From NCBI GenBank assembly GCA_027296925.1, contig JAPUIP010000901.1, positions 1-38,849 on the forward strand: a stretch of DNA of 38,849 bases. Direction: 5' to 3'. Under the pieces are notes generated by a model that worked only from the letters and a program-made list of their open reading frames with translations, had not been told where the DNA came from and searched no databases. This document shows positions 35,022 to 38,849 of this stretch, one piece after another. The stretch is from Candidatus Poribacteria bacterium (GTDB taxonomy: Bacteria; Poribacteria; WGA-4E; PCPOR2b). Made by a program: the position numbers and the translations under genes. Position 1 is the stretch's first letter, and every line of letters starts with the position of its first letter.

Positions 35022-35957
35022 ATGATAAAGCTGATACTCCTGTTTATACTGTTGGTTGCGGTATTTGCGACCTTACTCTCCCTGACGGGACGCCAGCCAG
35101 TAACCCCACCCGCTGCATCACAGATTGTGCGTTATTCGCCCTCTGCAATCCCCGCACGACCAGCGAATCGCGCAGAGCGTTTCGACTTCATTGCTTATGG
35201 AGATACACGCGATGGGCATGATATCCATCGAACGCTCATTAAACACATGATTGCCCTGAATCCGGATCTTGTGATTCACACCGGCGATCTTGTGAGCAAA
35301 GGGCGGAAAGATGATGAATGGGATACGTTTTTTGAAGTGATTGATCCTTTAGCGCAGAAGGTGCCATACTACACAATCCGCGGCAATCATGATCGGGGGC
35401 GGCACAATTATGAGAAACGCTTTGCCCCTCCGAACGATTCGGGGACCGATCGCTACTACGCCTTCGATCACAAGAATGTCCATTTTATCGCGCTGGACAC
35501 AAATCAGTCAATTGGAAAAATGAGTCCGCAACGGTATTGGCTTGAGAAGAATCTCTCATCGACAGATAAACCACATGTTGTCGCCTTTTTTCATCATCCC
35601 CCTTTTGGGGTTACGAAGGGGCGGGGTGATAACAAACGGGTTAAGAACGCTTTCCACGATCTGTTTGTTAGGCACAGTGTCAACCTTGTGGTCTCGGGAC
35701 ACGACCACTTATATTATCGCACACAACGGAATGGTATTACGTACATCACAACAGGCGGCGGCGGTGCACCACTCTATGATGTGGATAATATGCTGCCCCA
35801 ACTTCCCAGTGATACCTGGGGCAAATATCACCATGTTGTCCATTTCACTGTAACCGGTGGGTTGATCAAAGGAACCGTGATTGACATTGATGGCAAGGTC
35901 AAGGATTCTTTTACAGTCACGACACGTAGAGGTGCGAAGCTTGGTCCACGAAATTGA
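35022..35957 (+). CDS. Calcineurin-like metallophosphoesterase, secreted or membrane-anchored
   Basis: N-terminal hydrophobic helix plus motifs GDTRD, GDLVSKG, RGNHD, FFHHP and SGHDH in canonical order. The start is uncertain between ATG 35022 and TTG 35001. Confidence 0.8.
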   Translation: MIKLILLFILLVAVFATLLSLTGRQPVTPPAASQIVRYSPSAIPARPANRAERFDFIAYGDTRDGHDIHRTLIKHMIALNPDLVIHTGDLVSKGRKDDEWDTFFEVIDPLAQKVPYYTIRGNHDRGRHNYEKRFAPPNDSGTDRYYAFDHKNVHFIALDTNQSIGKMSPQRYWLEKNLSSTDKPHVVAFFHHPPFGVTKGRGDNKRVKNAFHDLFVRHSVNLVVSGHDHLYYRTQRNGITYITTGGGGAPLYDVDNMLPQLPSDTWGKYHHVVHFTVTGGLIKGTVIDIDGKVKDSFTVTTRRGAKLGPRN

Positions 35958-36168
35958 GTATTCCGGTCGCATCCCTGTGGCGTTGGCTGACGAAGAAAGC
36001 ACCGGATTGCCCTCGCTTGCGGAAAATGGTGGTATCAGTCGCGAGTGTGGGAGGTCTTCGGCGTTTGAACGACGATTTCCGTAAATGGCGAATATCTTGC
36101 AATATGCTCTTACCGTCAAGTGATGGGGAGCCGTCATACGAAATTGGAAACGAGACGGGAGGATAACG

Positions 36169-37590
36169 ATGTTTGGGTCTACGGTCCGAGAGAGAATAAA
36201 AATGAGTGTCATTCTCAAAAAAGCAGTATGGACATGTAGCATTCTGCTTTTCGCCTCATCTTTAGCAGGATTTCCTGCGGATACATCTGAAAAAGTTGAT
36301 ATAGAGAAGATTATACGAGAGCGCGTCGATAATGGCTGGAGTGTTGGAACCGTTGTTGGTCTTATTGATTCAAATGGCCCAAGGTTTTACAGCTACGGTA
36401 AATTATCACACGGCGGTGATCAGCCGGTTGATGAAAATACGATTTATGAGATTGGATCTGTAACGAAGGTATTTACCTCTTTGCTATTGGCAGATATGGT
36501 CGAAAAAGGGGAACTGCGTTTAGATGATCCGATTGAAAAGTTCCTTCCTGATACGGTCAAGGTTCCAATGTACGATGGCAAAAAAATCACCCTTGAACAC
36601 CTGGCGACGCACACTTCGGGCTTACCGCGCATGCCAGACAACTTAACGCCCAAGAATGCAAGGAACCCATACGCGGACTATACCGTTGAGCAGATGTACG
36701 ATTTTCTTTCCAACTATACCCTTGAGATAGATATTGGCAGCATAACCGAATATTCCAATTTTGGCGCAGGCTTGCTCGGGCATATTCTCGCGAGAAAGGC
36801 GGGTATGAGCTATGAGCAGCTTGTTGTGGATGGGATCTGTAATGAACTCAAAATGGACGATACACGGATAACGCTGTCGCCTGCACAAGAAAAGCGTTTC
36901 GCTAAAGGGCACATGGGAGAAGCTGAGATGCCCAACTGGGATTTTCTCGCCCTTGCCGGAGCAGGTGCATTGCGTTCCTCAGCCCAGGATATGCTTAAAT
37001 TCTTAGCCGCCAATCTGGGGCTCAACAAAACAGAATTGTACCCGGCGATGCAAAATACCCACAAAGCGCGTCATGAAGCGGAATCCCCCGACATGAAAAT
37101 CGCGCTCGGTTGGCATGTTTCTACCAAGTATGATACAGAAATTATATGGCACAATGGCGGAACGGGTGGCTACAAGAGTTTTATCGGGTTTCACCCAAAG
37201 AAAAAGATCGGTGTCGTTGTGCTATCTAATTCCACACAAAGCATCGATGATATTGGTTACCATTTACTGGATGGGCGGTATGAACTTGAAGCGGTTAGGA
37301 AGACGGCTAAAATCGCGCCCGAAATCTTTGAAAAGTATGTTGGCAAATATGAACTTCAACCCGGCGTGATCTTTTATGTGACGATGGAAGATGATAAATT
37401 AATGGTCCAACTCACAGGTCAAGAGAAGATTCAGGTCTTTCCGGAATCTGAAGATAAATTCTTCTCTAAAATCGTCGATGCGCAGATTACTTTCCTCAAA
37501 GATAACAATGGAAACGTCGATCGGCTCATGTTGCATCAGGGCGGCAGAGAGCTTATCGCCCACAAGATGGGCTTTCTCGGTGATTATTAA
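36169..37590 (+). CDS. Beta-lactamase-fold serine hydrolase (class C / esterase / DD-peptidase family) with extra C-terminal domain
   Basis: Signal peptide; SxxK motif in YEIGSVTKVFTSLL; a YSN-type second motif (EYSNFG); a late GGTGG/HNGGTGGY motif. SD GGGAGG lies 6 nt upstream of ATG 36169. Confidence 0.82.
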   Translation: MFGSTVRERIKMSVILKKAVWTCSILLFASSLAGFPADTSEKVDIEKIIRERVDNGWSVGTVVGLIDSNGPRFYSYGKLSHGGDQPVDENTIYEIGSVTKVFTSLLLADMVEKGELRLDDPIEKFLPDTVKVPMYDGKKITLEHLATHTSGLPRMPDNLTPKNARNPYADYTVEQMYDFLSNYTLEIDIGSITEYSNFGAGLLGHILARKAGMSYEQLVVDGICNELKMDDTRITLSPAQEKRFAKGHMGEAEMPNWDFLALAGAGALRSSAQDMLKFLAANLGLNKTELYPAMQNTHKARHEAESPDMKIALGWHVSTKYDTEIIWHNGGTGGYKSFIGFHPKKKIGVVVLSNSTQSIDDIGYHLLDGRYELEAVRKTAKIAPEIFEKYVGKYELQPGVIFYVTMEDDKLMVQLTGQEKIQVFPESEDKFFSKIVDAQITFLKDNNGNVDRLMLHQGGRELIAHKMGFLGDY

Positions 37591-37713
37591 CATCAATCGG
37601 ATTGATGAGATACTCAGGGGGGAACGAAGCTGAAGAAGCTCGAACAAGAAGGAGGAATACCGCACTTGCACAATAACCTGTTTCAAAGGGACCTTGTCGT
37701 GTGCGGCAAATTT

Positions 37714-38849
37714 ATGCCGAATCAACCTGTAGTCACGATTGAGAAATGGTTCACTGATGGGTGGAAACTGTACAAGAAGAATCCATTTACTTTTTTCTTT
37801 GCAAGCGTTCTGGCAGCTTTGATCTGTATTCCACCGCTGTTTATCTTTTTCGCCCCTCCACTCTACGCCGGTCTGTATTACATGGCGTTAAAGTCAATGC
37901 GCCGCGAAGACCCACGCATTCGTGACATCTTCAAGGGATTTGGTCGGTATTGGGGCGCATTCTTTTTATGGCTGATATTTGCTCTGTCGATCTTTCTGCT
38001 TGCCGCAACCGGAGTTGGAATTCTGTTCGTTCCGCTAGTTTGGGCGGTTTCAATGTTGGCATTTCCACTATTAATCGACGAAGAACAGACTTTCGGCGCC
38101 GCCTTTGGAGCAGCGTTCAAAACTGTGTTTAGGTTTACATGGAAAGACTGGTGGGGGTCATTGAAGAATTGGGGACGGTTTTGGCTGTATGGATTGACGT
38201 TGACCCTCATCTCGTTCCTGGGCATCGTTGGATGCTTCATCGGTATATTTATCACCCTTCCACTTACAGTCTGTGTTCAAGTGATCGCCTATCGCGAAAT
38301 CTTCAAGCCGGAAGAGGCGTTTCAATTAGAAACCGCCGAACCGTGGCAAAGATCTCCTTTCAAACTCAAAACCAAATACATCGGCCCCATCTCGCGCGTC
38401 CGTGAACTCCGGGATCGAATCTTTGAAGCGATCGAATCGGCGAACGAAAATGTCAGAACGCTGATGGAAAGTTCCATCGAACACATCGATAGCGTTTTTG
38501 CAAAAGCTGCCAACCTCATTTACCGCCTGCAACAGATCGATGACTATTTGCAGACGACCGATTTGCAAAAGCTGCATGCCGAAAAAACAGACATCACCCG
38601 GAAGCTGGCCGAAGCGCCGAACACAGCCGTGTATTCTCAATATAGCGAAGCGCTGGCAACCCTTGAGGAGCGGATTGAGAACCATGAGCGGATCGAGGAA
38701 TTGGCGGCACAGATTAATGCACAGTTGACGACGATCCGAGTATCGCTGGATAACACCTACGCCAAGATCATTCGCATCAAAACAGCCGAGATCAGCAATG
38801 CGCGCTTTGCCAGCGATGATGTCTCGAAAGAATTGCGAAATCTACAGAT
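37714..38849 (+). CDS. Partial CDS (3' end beyond window): polytopic membrane domain (at least 4 TM helices) fused to a long alpha-helical/coiled-coil region
   Basis: Hand translation of frame 1 from ATG 37714 gives 378 codons with no stop up to the window edge (MPNQPVVTIEKWFTDGWKLYKKNPFTFFFASVLAAL...AYREIFKPEE...IYRLQQIDDYLQTTDLQKLHAEK...). It is absent from the ORF track because it has no stop. An alternative start is TTG 37666, 10 nt after AAGGAGG. The membrane part resembles DUF975/GPDPase_memb-type proteins, a weak call. Confidence 0.62.
   Translation, partial: MPNQPVVTIEKWFTDGWKLYKKNPFTFFFASVLAALICIPPLFIFFAPPLYAGLYYMALKSMRREDPRIRDIFKGFGRYWGAFFLWLIFALSIFLLAATGVGILFVPLVWAVSMLAFPLLIDEEQTFGAAFGAAFKTVFRFTWKDWWGSLKNWGRFWLYGLTLTLISFLGIVGCFIGIFITLPLTVCVQVIAYREIFKPEEAFQLETAEPWQRSPFKLKTKYIGPISRVRELRDRIFEAIESANENVRTLMESSIEHIDSVFAKAANLIYRLQQIDDYLQTTDLQKLHAEKTDITRKLAEAPNTAVYSQYSEALATLEERIENHERIEELAAQINAQLTTIRVSLDNTYAKIIRIKTAEISNARFASDDVSKELRNLQ

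Noticed and set aside
35709-36242. 177-aa minus-strand ORF spanning the metallophosphoesterase/beta-lactamase intergenic region
   Set aside because: It overlaps both flanking well-supported genes, and it has no SD and no recognisable motif. Its composition looks like antisense noise.
37878-38685. Minus-strand ORFs 37878-38255, 38322-38519 and 38326-38685, and plus-strand ORFs 37950-38132, 38139-38405 and 38498-38728 from the track
   Set aside because: A single uninterrupted + strand frame (37714 to the window end) with clear TM and coiled-coil character explains the region. The listed ORFs are shadows of it.
1-38849. Mobile elements, prophage, toxin-antitoxin pairs, reverse transcriptase/retron or DGR components, restriction-modification genes
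   Set aside because: I saw no ORF with integrase, transposase, RT, nuclease-toxin or methyltransferase (other than RsmE) signatures, and no flanking long inverted or direct repeats. Short repeats cannot be ruled out without a computational scan.

Overview
This is a chromosomal, mostly housekeeping segment of a bacterium, probably an uncultivated lineage. I found no rRNA, tRNA, transposase or integrase. All homology calls rest on motifs I recognise by eye, not on database searches.

Gene content, left to right:
- Probable trailer end of a CRISPR array (1-112), followed by a two-module helicase-associated-like protein.
- A DHDPS-like aldolase and hydantoinase-A pair on the minus strand.
- A modE(N-terminal only)-modABC molybdate uptake operon on the minus strand, divergent from tatA-tatC-Zn-ribbon.
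- A Gram-positive-style cell-wall/division tail: amidase-pgeF-yggS-proC-yggT-divIVA-[IleRS-like]-lspA.
- def-fmt-[kinase-less PASTA protein]-rpe-rsmE-thiE.
- A response regulator-ECF sigma-anti-sigma-TPR unit.
- A zwf-GH63 glucosidase-ppgK sugar module.
- A loose set of accessory hydrolases: VOC/glyoxalase, BNR propeller, metallophosphoesterase, beta-lactamase-fold hydrolase.
- A membrane/coiled-coil ORF that runs off the right edge and is missing from the supplied ORF track.

The most unusual object is the 815-aa isoleucyl-tRNA synthetase homologue in the ancestral divIVA-ileS-lspA slot. Its HIGH, KMSKS and editing signatures are all degenerate, while its zinc knuckles and anticodon-binding region are kept, so it looks like a non-catalytic pseudo-synthetase.

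Other points worth a second look:
- the CRISPR remnant;
- a receiver protein with a Cys4 LPICxxCKK output module;
- the PASTA-only protein where PrkC normally sits;
- a uORF overlapping the zwf start;
- several repeat- or palindrome-rich intergenic regions.
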